From the NCBI RefSeq assembly GCF_011386835.1, contig NC_088810.1, forward strand, positions 7,564,001 through 7,628,000: DNA of 64,000 nt, written 5' to 3'. Under the pieces are notes generated by a model. It was not told the DNA's origin. It saw nothing but the letters and a program-made list of their open reading frames with translations, and searched no databases. This document shows positions 22,811 through 35,165 of the stretch, in pieces (positions within the stretch are counted from its first letter, which is position 1; every line of letters starts with the position of its first letter). A program made the position numbers and the translations under genes. Origin of the DNA: Chrysemys picta bellii (taxonomy: Eukaryota).

Positions 22811-23806
22811 TCAAGTCGTCGACTCCTCAATCACGTTCTTACTGGCTGCCTTCAACTCGCTGCCCCCTTCTCCGCAGCGAGTCAAGCAGGGGAGATGGCA
22901 CCGGGACAAGATGGTGTTAAGTTTATGCCGCAGGGTGGCCAGGCAGTTGGCGAAGGCCCTTTGGACGGCAGTGGAGGAGAAATAGAAGATGGCGGGGTCC
23001 AAGGCGGCATTGAGCGTGCTGAGGAGAAGAGCGTACACCCTCCAGGAGGGGCTCTTCTTCTGGACAAAGCCCACCACGTGGGACAGGTTGTAGGGGGCGA
23101 AACAGACTATGAAGTTGAACAAGGTAACCAGAGCCAGGCCTACGGCCCGCTGCTTCCTCCGGGCCGAGATGTTGGGCAAGGCCACCAGGATGCGGACGAG
23201 GTTGACGTAGCAGAAGATGGTGACGGTGAAGGGAAGGCAGAAGAGGACGACGAAGAACTCCAGCCGGACAGGGAGCAGGATCTGGCGCTGCGTAGGGGAG
23301 AAATGTTCATAGCAGTTGGACACGTTATTGGAAGTCGCAGTCCCATTGGGGCTCAGGACCTCGTATTGGACAATGTAGACGATGCTGCAGTGGGCGCAGA
23401 TGATCAACCAGAAGACCACGGAGGTGGCGATAGCATATGCTGGACGGCGCCGGAGCTTGTACTTGATGGGAAAGGCCACCCCCAGGTAGCGATCAACGCT
23501 GACGGCCATGAGGAAGAAGGAACTGATGTAGATGCTGTTGTAGTAAAAGTAGTTGGTGAGTGGGCAGAGGAAAGCAGGCAAGGGCCACACCATGCCTGAG
23601 GCAGCCTCTGCCATCTTGAAGGGGAGGAAGATGAGGAGGAAGATGTCGGAGACAGTGAGGTTGAGGAGAAGGATGTCGACAGGGGTGGGTTTTTGGCGGA
23701 CCTTCACCAGGAAGGTGTAGAAGGCCAGAAGGTTGGACGGGAGGCCGGTCAGGAAGGTGAAGATGTAGACAGTGAGAACCAGCGGGATGTAAACATTTGA
23801 ACTCAT
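22811..23806 (-). CDS. FFAR2: Free fatty acid receptor 2-like GPCR, copy b (331 aa from this ATG; exon starts at 23817)
   Basis: Intact 7TM ORF with K2.60, DRY, H4.56, R5.39, H6.55 and R7.35. About 82% identical to copy a. Occupies the FFAR2 position in the FFAR1-FFAR3-FFAR2 same-strand order. Confidence 0.87.
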   Translation of the reverse strand: MSSNVYIPLVLTVYIFTFLTGLPSNLLAFYTFLVKVRQKPTPVDILLLNLTVSDIFLLIFLPFKMAEAASGMVWPLPAFLCPLTNYFYYNSIYISSFFLMAVSVDRYLGVAFPIKYKLRRRPAYAIATSVVFWLIICAHCSIVYIVQYEVLSPNGTATSNNVSNCYEHFSPTQRQILLPVRLEFFVVLFCLPFTVTIFCYVNLVRILVALPNISARRKQRAVGLALVTLFNFIVCFAPYNLSHVVGFVQKKSPSWRVYALLLSTLNAALDPAIFYFSSTAVQRAFANCLATLRHKLNTILSRCHLPCLTRCGEGGSELKAASKNVIEESTT

Positions 23807-23989
23807 CTTCTCAGCTCCTTCAAAGGAGAAAAGGCTCATCAGCTGCCAAAGGAACCCAGGAGTCCTGGTAGTCAGCCCCCTCTCCCTCCAACCCACTAGA
23901 TCCCACTCCCCTCCCAGCAGTGGGGATAGAACCCGGGAGTCCTGGCTCCAGCCCCCTCTCCCTCCAACCCACTAGATCCCACTCCCCTC

Positions 23990-25087
23990 TGTGGCACTCT
24001 GTACCCCAAAGCAACACCTTGGAACCCCGTATTCACCAATGTCACATGATTATCTTATGTGTGATACAAAGAATGCATGTGAGATATCATATGAAAGGTC
24101 ATGATCTGCTGAAACCCATTGTTCTGTCCAAATATGTGTACCGTTAGTGTGTATGAAGTTATAAGATTTTGTTGTATGATTGTCAGTGAAATATGTTGTA
24201 AGTTTGAGAGTCCTTCCTACAAGGGTGGTGACCCTCTCCCAGGTGGGCGTTCACTGGCCATTCATCAACGGGGGAGTTGCAATCAAGGGATTTACAATTC
24301 AATGACAGTTGCAGAAGCACCACACAATGGGGGATTTACTTGGTCACTGTGACTCAGCAAAGCCCATCAGGACGGGTCTTGGTATTAAGAGACAGAGGCT
24401 GCATGGCTTGGCCTTTTCTCCTCCCCCACCTACGCTGCAAGCCACAAGGACTCTGAGAAGAGAGAGAACTTCAGCAGAGGAGACAAGGGAGAAACCTGTG
24501 TATTGTGAACTGTAACATCCATTGAGTGGAGAAAACTGCTAGATCTAAATACTGCCTAGTGTCTTAGAGGTTGAAGTTTTAGACTAGACACTTAGTTTCT
24601 TTTCTTTGGTAACTATCTCTAACTTTTATACCTACCACTTATAATCACTTAAACTCTCTCTATCTGCAGTTAATAAATCTGTGTTATACTTTATCTAAAA
24701 CAATGAATTTTGCTTGAAAAGCTTGGAAATCTTAGCTCAGTTAACAAAAGGCGTGTGCATGTCCTCCCCACATCGAGAGGCCCGGGGCGAGGGGGACGGG
24801 CTGGGCAAAGAACTGACACTGCTCAGGCTTCTGACCAATGCAGGATGGTACAGCTCCAGGGTCCTAGGTTGGGGAGAATTGGCTTTTTGGTTCGTGAGTG
24901 GCTGAGGGCAGCATTTCATGTAACTCGGCTGGGTGTGTCCCTGCCTGGGGATGGCTGTGTAAGTCCAGTACCTGCCAGACGTTTGTTGCTTGTCACAGCA
25001 TCACAGCGTGAATGGGAGTCCAGACTGGTGGGGCAGAGGACTCAGGGGTATCTGAGTTCCAGGTTGCACCCCAGGGATCCTGTCACA
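23990..25087. mobile_element. Intronic solo LTR with perfect 5-bp TSD
   Basis: TGTGGCA...TGTCACA flanked by CCCTC/CCCTC. Confidence 0.9.
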
Positions 25088-25285
25088 CCCTCCCAGGCCT
25101 GCAGATAGAACAAAGGAGTCCTGGCTCCAGGCCCCCTGTCCTAATCCACTAGATCCCACTTCCCTCCCTGAGCTGGTAGAGTACCAGGAGTCCTCCTCCT
25201 AGACCCTCCGCTCAAACTCTTACATGCCCCTCCCCCCAAGTCATGTGGCCAGAACCCAGGAGTCCTGGCTCCCAGCCCTCCTTAC

Positions 25286-25295
25286 CCGTAGCCAT
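25286..25295 (-). CDS. Predicted 10-nt first coding exon of FFAR2-like b
   Basis: ATGGCTACGG|GTAAG joined to AAG|GAGCTGAGAAGATG is in frame and gives MATGAEKMSS... Confidence 0.55.
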
Positions 25296-25590
25296 GCGAG
25301 CAAGCTCAGGGCTCCCGTTCCATTAGCTGACACTAGACATATGGCTGGAATATATGTAGCCGGCTCCTATATTTATTTAGCTCGGTTTCCTGTTTAGTCA
25401 ACGGCAGGCACGGACGGGGGGCGGGGGCAGCGCCAGAGAGAGAACGGAGAGCCTGGGATGCATGAGATCTTGTGAGCAAACACACAGGGATGGGCTGCAG
25501 GGAGTGGGCCGAGCAGGCACCCTGAACAACAGGGAAGTGGTTGTTACTCAGAGGGAAATTTTCATAAATATCATCAAAGGTGGAAGGAAG
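25286..25590 (-). promoter_or_regulatory. Predicted promoter and exon 1 of FFAR2-like b
   Basis: Reverse-complement homologue of 10810..11095; CATATAT box; AGGAAGTG ETS-like sites. Confidence 0.55.
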
Positions 25591-26060
25591 TGAAGTCTAG
25601 TGGTTAGAGGGTGGGGGACTGGGAGCCAGGACTCCTGGGTTCAATCCCTGATTCTCAGGGAGTGATTTTGTGAGAAAAATAGGAAATAAGGAGTCAATGC
25701 ACAGAACTAGGAAATACAACCCAGGATTCTTGACCTTTTAGCTCCACTAGACCCCACTCCTCTCCCAGAGCTGGGGAGAGAACCCAGGAGTCCTGGCTCC
25801 CAGCTCCTGACTGCTCTAATCGCTAGCCCACACTCCCCTCCCAGAGCTTGGAATAGGAGAAGTTAATAAGCCTCTCCTGTAAAGTAAACCATTGTCTGAG
25901 CCCAGCCAGTCCCTCACTCCTCTACCAATCATGCGGGGGCTAGTGGGTTAGAGCAGGGGGCTGGGATCCAGAACTCCTGGGTTCTATCCTTGGCTCTGGG
26001 TGGGGAGTGGGGTCTAGTGATCAGAGCAGGGTGCTGGGAGCCAGGGTTCCTGGGTTCTCC

Positions 26061-28399
26061 TGGACTATAAGGTGGATAGAAAGCTGGCTAGATTGTCGGG
26101 CTCAGCAGGTAGTGATCAACAGCTCGATGTCTAGTTGGCAGCTGGTATCAAGCGGAGTGTCCCAAGGGTCGGTCCTGGGGCCGGTTTTGTTCAACAGCTT
26201 CATTAATGATCTGGATGATGGGATGGATCGCACCCTCAGCAAGTTCACGGATGACACTAAACTGGGGGGAGAGGTAGATACGCTGGAGGGTAGGGATAGG
26301 GTCCACAGTGACCTAGACAAATTGGAGAATTGGGCCAAAAGAAATCTGATGAGGTTCAACAAGAACAAGTGCAGAGTCCTGCACTTAGGACGGAAGAATC
26401 CCATGCACTGCTACAGGCTGGGGTCTGACTGGCTAAGCAGCAGTTCTGCAGAAAAGGACCTGGCGATTACAGTGGATGAGAAGCTGGATATGAGTCAACA
26501 GTGTGATCTCATTGCCAAGAAGGCCAATGGCATATTGGGACTTCAACAATTTCCACCCCACCATCAACCTCAGCCTGGACCAGTCCACCCAGGAGATCCA
26601 CTTCCTGGACACTACAGTACAAATAAGTGATGGTCACATAAACACCACCCTATACCGGAAACCTACTGACCGCTATACGTACCTACATGCCTCCGGCTTC
26701 CATCCAAGACACATCACACGATCCATTGTCTACAGCCAAGCCCTAAGATACAACCGAATTTGCTCCAACCCCTCAGACAGAGACAAACACCTACAAGATC
26801 TTTATCAAGCATTCGTAAAACTACAATACCCACCTGGGGAAGTGAGGAAACAGATTGACAGAGCAAGACGGGTACCCAGAAATCACCTACTACAGGACAG
26901 GCCCAACAAGGACAATAACAGAACACCACTGGTCATCACATACAGCCCCCAGCTAAAACCTCTCCAGCGCATTATCCACGATCTACAACCTATCCTGGAA
27001 AATGATCCCTCACTCTCACAGACCTTGGGAGGCAGGCCAGTCCTCGCTTACAGACAACCCCCCAACCTGAAGCAAATACTCAACTACACACCACACCACA
27101 GAAACACCAACCCAGGAACCTATCCCTGTAGCAAACCTCGTTGCCTACTCTGTCCCCATATCTACTCTGGCAACAGCATCAGAGGACCCAACCACATCAG
27201 CCACACCATCAGGGGCTCATTCACCTGCACATCCACTAATGTCATATATGCCATCATGTGCCAGCAATGCCCCTCTGCCATGTACATTGGCCAAACCGGA
27301 CAGTCCCTCCGCAAAAGAATAAATGGACACAAATCGGACATCAGGAATGGTAACATACACAAGCCAGTAAGTGAACACTTCAATCTCCCTGGTCATTCTA
27401 TTACAGATTTAAAAGTCACTATCATTGAACAAAAAAACTTCAGAAACAGACTTCAAAGAGAAACAGCAGAACTAAAATTCATTTGCAAATTCAACACCAT
27501 TAATCTGGGCTTGAATAGGGACTGGGAGTGGCTGGCTCACTACAGAAGCAGCTTTTCCTCTCCTGGAATTGACACCTCCTCATCTATTACTGGGAGTGGA
27601 CTACATACACCCTGATTGAATTGGCACTGTCAACACTGGTTCTCCACTTGTGAAGTAACTCCCTGCTCTCCATGTGTCAAGTATATAATGCCTGCATCTG
27701 TAACTTTCACTCTATGCATCCGAAGAAGTGAGGTTTTTACTCACGAAAGCTTATGCCCAAATAAATCTGTTAGTCTTTAAGGTGCCACCAGACTCCTTGT
27801 TGTTTTTGTATTAGTAGGAGCATTGCCAGCAGATCGAGGGAAGGGATTATTCCCCTCTATTCGACAGTGGTGAGGCCAAATCTGCGGTATTGCTTCCAGT
27901 TTTGGTCCCCCCACTACAGAAAGGATGTGGACAAATTGGAGAGAGTCCAGCGGAGGGCAACAAAAATGATGAGGGGGCTGGGGCACATGACTTACGAGGA
28001 GAGGCTGAGGGAACTGGGGTTATTTAGCCTGCAGAAGAGAAGAACGAGGGGGGATTTGATAGCAGCCTTCAACCACCTGAAGGGAGGTTCCAAAGGGGAT
28101 GGAGCTCGGCTGTTCTCAGTGGTGGCAGATGACAGAACAAGGAGTAATGGTTTCAAGTTGCAGTGGGGGAGGTCTAGGTTGGATATTAGGAAACACTATT
28201 TCACTAGGAGGGTGGTGAAACACTGGAATGCGTTACCTAGGGAGGTGGTGGAGTCTCCTTCCTTAGAGGCTTTTAAGGCCCGGCTTGACAAAGCCCTGGC
28301 TGGGATGATTTAGTTGGGATTGGTCCTGCTTTGAGCAGGGGGTTGGACTAGATGACCTCCTGAGGTCCCTTCCAACCCTGATCTTCTATGATTCTATGA
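26061..28399 (+). mobile_element. CR1 3' fragment (unit 1), interrupted by Penelope
   Basis: RT motifs [21 protein letters not shown] and EKDLAITVD; ATTCTATG tail. Confidence 0.92.
26540..27806 (+). mobile_element. Penelope-like retroelement, 5'-truncated (RT thumb plus GIY-YIG endonuclease)
   Basis: TTLYRKPTD...HP...SQALRY and NVIYAIMCQQC...MYIGQTG...RINGH motifs. Inserted at CR1 TATTGGG|TGTATTAG. Confidence 0.92.
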
Positions 28400-31153
28400 C
28401 TCTAGGAACAGGGCTGGGTGTATGCGCCAGCCAGCACATCTCTCCAAGAGTCGTGTCCTCCTGCAGTTAGAAACCGTCAGTCCCTCCACTCTCCCTAACG
28501 GTGGGAAACCCACTTTCCCTCCCAGCTTGTCTCGCTGCTCAGATGTGGCGGATCGGACCTGATGGTTCTGTTCCCAGAACCCTTGGTAATGGAGCCGCTG
28601 CTGGGTGGGAGGGGAAGGAATCGTCCCCTTGAGTCTCTTTCTCCGAATGGGGGACCCATTCAGTGGGGGATGGAATGACCACGCCCCACATCCTGACTGG
28701 CACCTCCCCATCCCAGTGCTGGGTGCCCCCGTACATGGATTGTTGTGTTCTCCTGTCTCGGGGTTCCCCTCTCCCTCTCCCCACCATGCGCTTACTCAGC
28801 TGAGCTAGACAAATTTCCATCTCCCCGGGCCCCTGGCCAGCTTCGCTCAGCCCTGATCGCCCAGTGATGGGCGAGCGTGTTGAAAAAGTAAGTCACAAAC
28901 CTTCACCCCCATTTTAACAGTGGAAGAACAGACATTCAGAGCAGGGAGAGGAGATGGCCATACTGGGGAAAGAACCCAGGAGTCCGAACTCCCTGTCCCC
29001 TATTCTAATGACTAGACCCCACTCCCTGCCAGAGCTGGGGCTAGAACCCAGGAGTCCTGACTTCCAGCCCCCACTGTTCTAACCACTACACCACACTCCT
29101 CTCCCACATTGGAGCTAGAACCCCGGGGTGGGCTGAGCCAGCAATCTCCCTTTTACTTTGTTGCTTGTTTGTTTTTTGATTTTGCAAAAGCAAAATTAAA
29201 CTTTGCACAGAGGCCTGGGCATGCCTGGTAAAGGCAAATACACACCCATGAAGGCTGGGAGCAGAACCCAGGCGTCCTGACTCGCACCCCCCTCGCTTTA
29301 ACCAGTAAACCCCACTCACCTCCCAGAGCTGGGAAAGGAATCCAGTTCTCCAGTCCTTTCTCCGGTCTCTCTACTCTAACCCAGTCTTCATCCAGGGTCA
29401 GTGATAGAAACCAGGAGACCTGAATCCCAGCCACAACCCCTGCTCTAACCTCTAGACCCCACTCCTCTCCTTACAAGCCCTGACCCAGGCAGCTAGAGAG
29501 CCCATCCTCACCTCCTTTCCAGCAGCCAGTGCGCTGGGAGCCTGCAGAAGGGCTGGAACCCAGGTGTCCAGGCTGGGAGCCACCCCAAGCGATGTGTCAG
29601 GGATGAGCTGGTGGCTGGTTTTCTGCGTCCCAGCTGGGGAGTGAGTTTTCTGAAGCCCAGGTGGCTGGTTATGTTGTGTCTGTGGCTGCGCCCCACTGGT
29701 CCCTCTCCTTGGGAATCCACACAGAAAGGATGAGAGATGCAATCGTTACTTCCTCGTGCCTTGCCGGAGGTGTGACTTGGCACATCCTTGAGAGGGTGTG
29801 GTGTCCGTCTCCCCATGTGGGTACTGCAGCCTGCTGTGGGCGAGGACTCCTGGGTTATATTCCTGGGAAGGAGAGTGGAATCTAGCAGTTAGAGCAGAGC
29901 AGGCTGGGAGCCAGGACTCCTGGGTTGTATCCTCAGCTCAGGCAGGTGAGGGGGGGGATCTAATGATTAGAGTGGGGGAGGAGGGGCTGGAAGCCAGGAT
30001 TTCTGGGTTGTCTCTGGGGAGTGGGGTCTAGCGGTTCTACCACAGGGCACGGAGGAGAGGCTGCGCTGGATTTATGGTTCCTTGATCTCCCGGGCTCCGG
30101 CATCTTTCCGAAGCGCGATATTAAGTAAACAAACAAATCCGAGTTCATATTTCTTCGCTCAGGCTCCGGGGCACACAAAACCCTGCCCAGAGCTCCGGGA
30201 CACGCACAGTAGCCACAGCTGAGTGGGAGGGAATCCTGACTGCCTGCCAAAGACAGCCGCAAAGGGGCCAGATCCCAGCTGGGGTCAATTGGCCGTCGCT
30301 CCCTTGGTGTGAATGGGGCTAGTTCCCAGCTGGGGTCAATCGCCGTAGCTCCATTGGAGTCAATGGGGCCAGATCCAGGATACCAGAGGCGATGGGTCCC
30401 CAGGTGGCAGGGGGAGGGCAGGATACCAGAGGCGATGGGTCCCCAGGTGGCGGGGGGAGGGCACACTGACATTGATAAGCCAGTGCCAGGAAAACAATGA
30501 GATGTCCCAAGGCATCCTGGCCAGGGGGGCTGGATAAGGGGATGGGGTCCCCAGCCTCAGCCCCCCATCCCATGGCCTTGCTTTGGGGAGGGATCAATGG
30601 GTCCATTGTCCTGTCCCTCCCCCACAGTGGAGCAGCATCAGTTACTATTTGCATAGTTCTGATAGCGTCGGTGCTGTGAGACAAAGGTGACGTCCTGGGC
30701 GCCCGTCCTCCTGGCGCGTGCACAGACAGACAGACGGACGTTCATGTGGGAGTGCCACGGGCTGGCTCCCCCGTCCTTCCAGAGGGGAGGCGGGTTTCAG
30801 ATGGGGGCGTTTCTCACTGCAGGGTTCACACTTGGCATCTATGGACCCACCCTGTGCTCTTTTGCCATGATAGCCCTTGGCCCAGGAGTCCTGGCTCCCA
30901 GCCCCCTGCTCTAACCACTAGACCCTACTCCCTGCCCAGAGCTTGGAATAGGAGAAGTTAACAACCCTCTCCTGTAAAGTAAATCATTGTCTGAGCCCGG
31001 CCAGTCCCTCACTCCTCTACAGTCATGAGGGGGCTAGTGGGTTAGAGCAGGGGGCTGGGAGCCAGGACTCCTGGGTTCTATCCTTGGCTCTGAGTGGGAA
31101 GTTGGTCTAGTGATCAGAGCAGGGGGCTGGGAGCCAGGGTTCCTGGGTTCTCC

Positions 31154-32648
31154 TGGACCATAAGGTGGCTAGAAAGCCGGCTAGATTGTCGGGCTCAGCA
31201 GGTAGTGATCAACAGCTCAATGTCTAGTTGGCAGCCGGTATCAAGCGGAGTGCCCCAGGGGTCGGACCTGGGGATGCTTTTGTTCAACATCGTCATTAAT
31301 GATCTGGACGATGGGATGGATTGCACCCTCAGCATGTTCGCAGATGACACTAAGCTGGGGGGAGAGGTAGATACGCTGGAGGGTAGGGATAGGGTCCAGA
31401 GTGACCTAGACAAATTGGAGAATTGGGCCAAAAGAAATCTGATGAGGTTCAACAAGGACAAGTGCAGAGTCCTGCACTTAGGACGGAAGAATCCCATGGA
31501 CTGCTACAGACTGGAGACAGACTGGCTAAGCAGCAGTTCTGCAGAAAAGGACCTGGCGATTACAGTGGACGATAAGCTGGATATGAGTCAGCAGTGTGAT
31601 CTCGTTGCCAAGACGGTCAACAGCATATTGGCTGCATTAGTAGGAGCATTGCCAGCAGATCAAGGAAAGCGATTATTCCCCTCTATTCAGGACTGGTGCA
31701 AGGAAGTTTCACACCCTAGGCAAAACTTCCACCCCGCCCCCCCTCGTCTTGAGGCGCCCCCCCCCCCCCCGCAGTGGCTCCCTCCCCGCCCTGAGGCGCC
31801 CCCCCCCCCACGTCAGCTCCCCCTCCTCGGAGAGCTGTGCGGCAGCTCCCCACCCCAGCACACTTCTGCTCCGTCTCCTCCCCGAGCTCGCCGCCCTCAT
31901 GCTAATTCTCCTCCCCTCCCAGGCTTGTGGCACCAAACAGCTGATTGGCGCCGCAAGCCTGGGAGGTAGGAGAAGTGGAGCGGTGACCGCGCGCTCGGGG
32001 AGGGGGCGTAGGAACGCTGTAAAAAAAAATGGGGGCACCACCTTTTGGCGCCTCCAAAAATTGGCACCGTAGGCAACCGACTAGTTTGCCTTAATGGTAG
32101 CACCGGCCCTGCCTCTATTCGACACTGGTGATACCCAATATGGAGTATTGCGTCCAGTTTTGGTCCCCCCACTACAGAAGGGATGTGGACAAATTGGAGA
32201 GAGTCCAGCGGAGGGCAACGAAAATGATCAGGGGGCTGGGACACATGACTTACCAGGAGAGGCTGAGGGAACTGGGCTTATTTAGTCTGCAGAGAAGAGT
32301 GAGGGGGGATTGGATAGCAGCCTTCAACTACCTGAAGGGGGGTTCCAAAGGGGATGGAGCTCGGCTGTTCTCAGTGGTGGCAGATGACAGAACAAGGAGC
32401 AATGGTCTCACGTTGCAGTGGGGGAGGTCCAGGTTGGATATTAGGAAACACTATTTCACTAGGAGGGTGGTGAAGCACTGGAATCGGTTACCTAGGGAGG
32501 TGGTGGAATCTCCTTCCTTAGAGGTTTTTAAGGCCTGGCTTGACAAAGCCCTGGCTGGGATGATTTAGTTGGGATTGGTCCTGCTTTGAGCAGGGGGTTG
32601 GACTAGATGACTTCCTAAGGTCTCTTCCAACCTTAATATTCTATGATT
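31154..32648 (+). mobile_element. CR1 3' fragment (unit 2), interrupted by a hAT MITE
   Basis: Same RT peptides and truncation point as unit 1. Confidence 0.9.
31688..32111. mobile_element. hAT MITE with perfect 8-bp TSD
   Basis: TIRs CAGGACTGGTGC / GCACCGGCCCTG; TSD CCTCTATT on both sides. Confidence 0.9.
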
Positions 32649-34098
32649 GTAGGAACAGGGCTGGGTGTATGCGCCAGCCAACACATCTCTCCAAGAGTCG
32701 TGCCCTCCTGCAGTTAGAAACCGTCAGTCCCTCCGCTCTCCCTAACGGTGGGAAACCCACTTTCCCTCCCAGCTTGTCTCGCTGCTCAGATGTGGCGGAT
32801 CGGACCTGATGGTTCTGTTCCCAGAACCCTTGGTAATGGAACCGCTGCTGGGGGGGGGAAGGAATCGTCCCCTCGAGTCTCTTTCTCCGAATGGGGAACC
32901 CATTCAGTGGGGGATGGAATGACCACGCCCCACATCCTGACTGGCACCTCCCCATCCCAGTGCTGGGTGCCCCCGTACGTGGATTGTTGTGTTCTCCTGT
33001 CTCGGGGTTCCCCTCTCCCTCTCCCCACCATGCGCTTACTCAGCTGAGCTAGACAAATTTCCATCTCCCCGGCCCCCAGGCCGGCTTCGCTCAGCCCTGA
33101 TCGCCCAGTGATGGGCGAGCGTGTTGAAAAAGTAAGTCACAAACCTTCACCCCCATTTTAACAGTGGAAGAACAGACAGAGCAGGGAGAGGAGATGGCCA
33201 TACTGGGGAAAGAACCCAGGAGTCCGAACTCCCTGTCCCCTACTCTAATGACTAGACCCCACTCCCTGCCAGAGCTGGGGCTAGAACCCAGGAGCTCCAT
33301 TGGAGTCAATGGGGCCAGATCCCCCTTGGTGAAAATCGGCTCCATCGGCGCCGTAGCCAGGATACCAGAGGCGATGGGTCCCCAGGTGGCGGGGGAGGAG
33401 ACACTGACACTGATGAGCCAGTGCCAGGAAAACAATGAGACGTCCCAAGGCTTTGCAAGCCATCCCAAGGCATTCTGGCCATGGGGGCGGGGTGAGGGGA
33501 TGGGGTCCCCAGCCTCAGCCCCCCAAATCATGGCCTGGCTTTGGGGAGGGATGAATGAGCCCCAAGAATTCACACCCTCACCCCCGGCCTCATGCAGGGC
33601 TCTGGGTGCAGTGACCTGTCCCTCCCGCCCGATGGAGCCGCATCATTTACTATTTGCATAGTTCTGATAGCGTCGGTGCTGTGAGACAAAGGTGACGGCC
33701 CGGGCGCCCATCCTCCTGGCGCGTGCACAGACAGACAGACGGACGTTCATGTGGGAGTGCCACGGGCTGGCTCCCCCGTCCTTCCAGAGGGGAGGCGGGT
33801 TTCAGATGGGGGCGTTTCTCACTGCAGGTTCGCGCTTGGCATCTATGGACCCACCCTGTGCTCTTTTGCCATGATAGCCCTTGACCAAGGAGTCCTGGCT
33901 CTCAGCCCCCTGCTCTAACCACTAGACCCTACTCCCCTCCCCGAGCTTGGAATAGGAGAAGTTAATAAGCCTCTCCCGTAAAGTAAACCATTGTCTGAGC
34001 CCGGCCAGTCCCTCACTCTTCTACCAATTGGCTTTGGGTGGGTAGTGGGGTCTAGTGATCAGAGCAGGGGGCTGGGAGCCAGGGTTCCTGGGTTCTCC

Positions 34099-35165
34099 TG
34101 GACTATTAGGTGGATAGAAAGCTGGCTAGATTGTTGGGCTCAGCAGGTAGTGATCAACAGCTCAATGTCTAGTTGGCAGCTGGTATCAAGCGGAGTGCCC
34201 CAAGGGTTGGTCGTGGGGATGGTTTTGTTCAACATCTTTATTAATGATCTGGATGATGGGATTAATTGCACCCTCAGCAAGTTCGCAGATGACACTCTAC
34301 TGGGGGGAGAGGTAGATACGCTGGAGGGTAGGGATAGAGTCCAGAGTGACCTAGACAAATTGGAGGATTGGGCCAAAAGAAATCTGATGATGTTCAACAA
34401 GGACAAGTGCAGAGTCCTGCACTTAGGACGGCAGAAGCCCATGCACTGTTACAGACTAGGGACCGACTGGCTAAGCAGCAGTTCTGCAGAAAAGGACCTG
34501 GCGATTACAGTGGACGATAAGCTGGATATGAGTCAGTAGTGTGATCTCGTTGCCAAGAAGACCAATGGCATATTGGGCTGTATTAGTAGGAGCATTGCCA
34601 ACAGATCAAGGGAAGCGATTATTCCCCTCTGTTCAACACTGGTGACGCCCAATCCGGAGCACTGCGTCCAGTTTTGGTCCCCCCACTACAGAAGGGATGT
34701 GGACAAATTGGAGAGAGTCCAGCGGAGGGCAACAAAAATGATTAGGGGTCTGCAGCACATGACTTATGAGGAGAGGCTGAGGGAACTGGGCTTGTTTAGT
34801 CTGCAGAAGAGACGAGTGAGGGGGGATTTGATAGCAGCCTTCAACTACCTGAAGGGGGGTTCCAAAGAGGATGGTGCTCGGCTGTTCTCAGTGGTGGCAG
34901 ATGACAGAACAAGGAGCAATGGTCTCAAGTTGCAGTGGGGGAGGTTTAGGTTGGATATTAGGAAACACTATTTCACTAGGAGGGTGGTGAAGCACTGGAA
35001 TGAGTTACCTAGGGAGGTGGTGGAATCTCCTTCCTTAGAGGCTTTTAAGGCCCGGCTTGACAAAGCCCTGGCTGGGATGATTTAGTTGGGAATTGGTCCT
35101 GCTTTGAGCAGGGGGTTGGACTAGATACCTCCTGAGGTCTCTTCCAACCCTGATATTCTATGATT
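34099..35165 (+). mobile_element. CR1 3' fragment (unit 3), uninterrupted
   Basis: RT ORF pieces 33991..34539 and 34573..35085; same truncation point. Confidence 0.92.

Noticed and set aside
26503-27615. Penelope GIY-YIG ORF as a domesticated gene
   Set aside because: 5'-truncated, start codon borrowed from CR1, and identity between the copies is explained by recent duplication.
30640-30900. Octamer module as an snRNA gene, or as an MFS-like coding exon (GFTLGIYGPTL)
   Set aside because: No recognisable PSE or snRNA body, and the reading frame is broken in unit 2. Kept only as a regulatory candidate.
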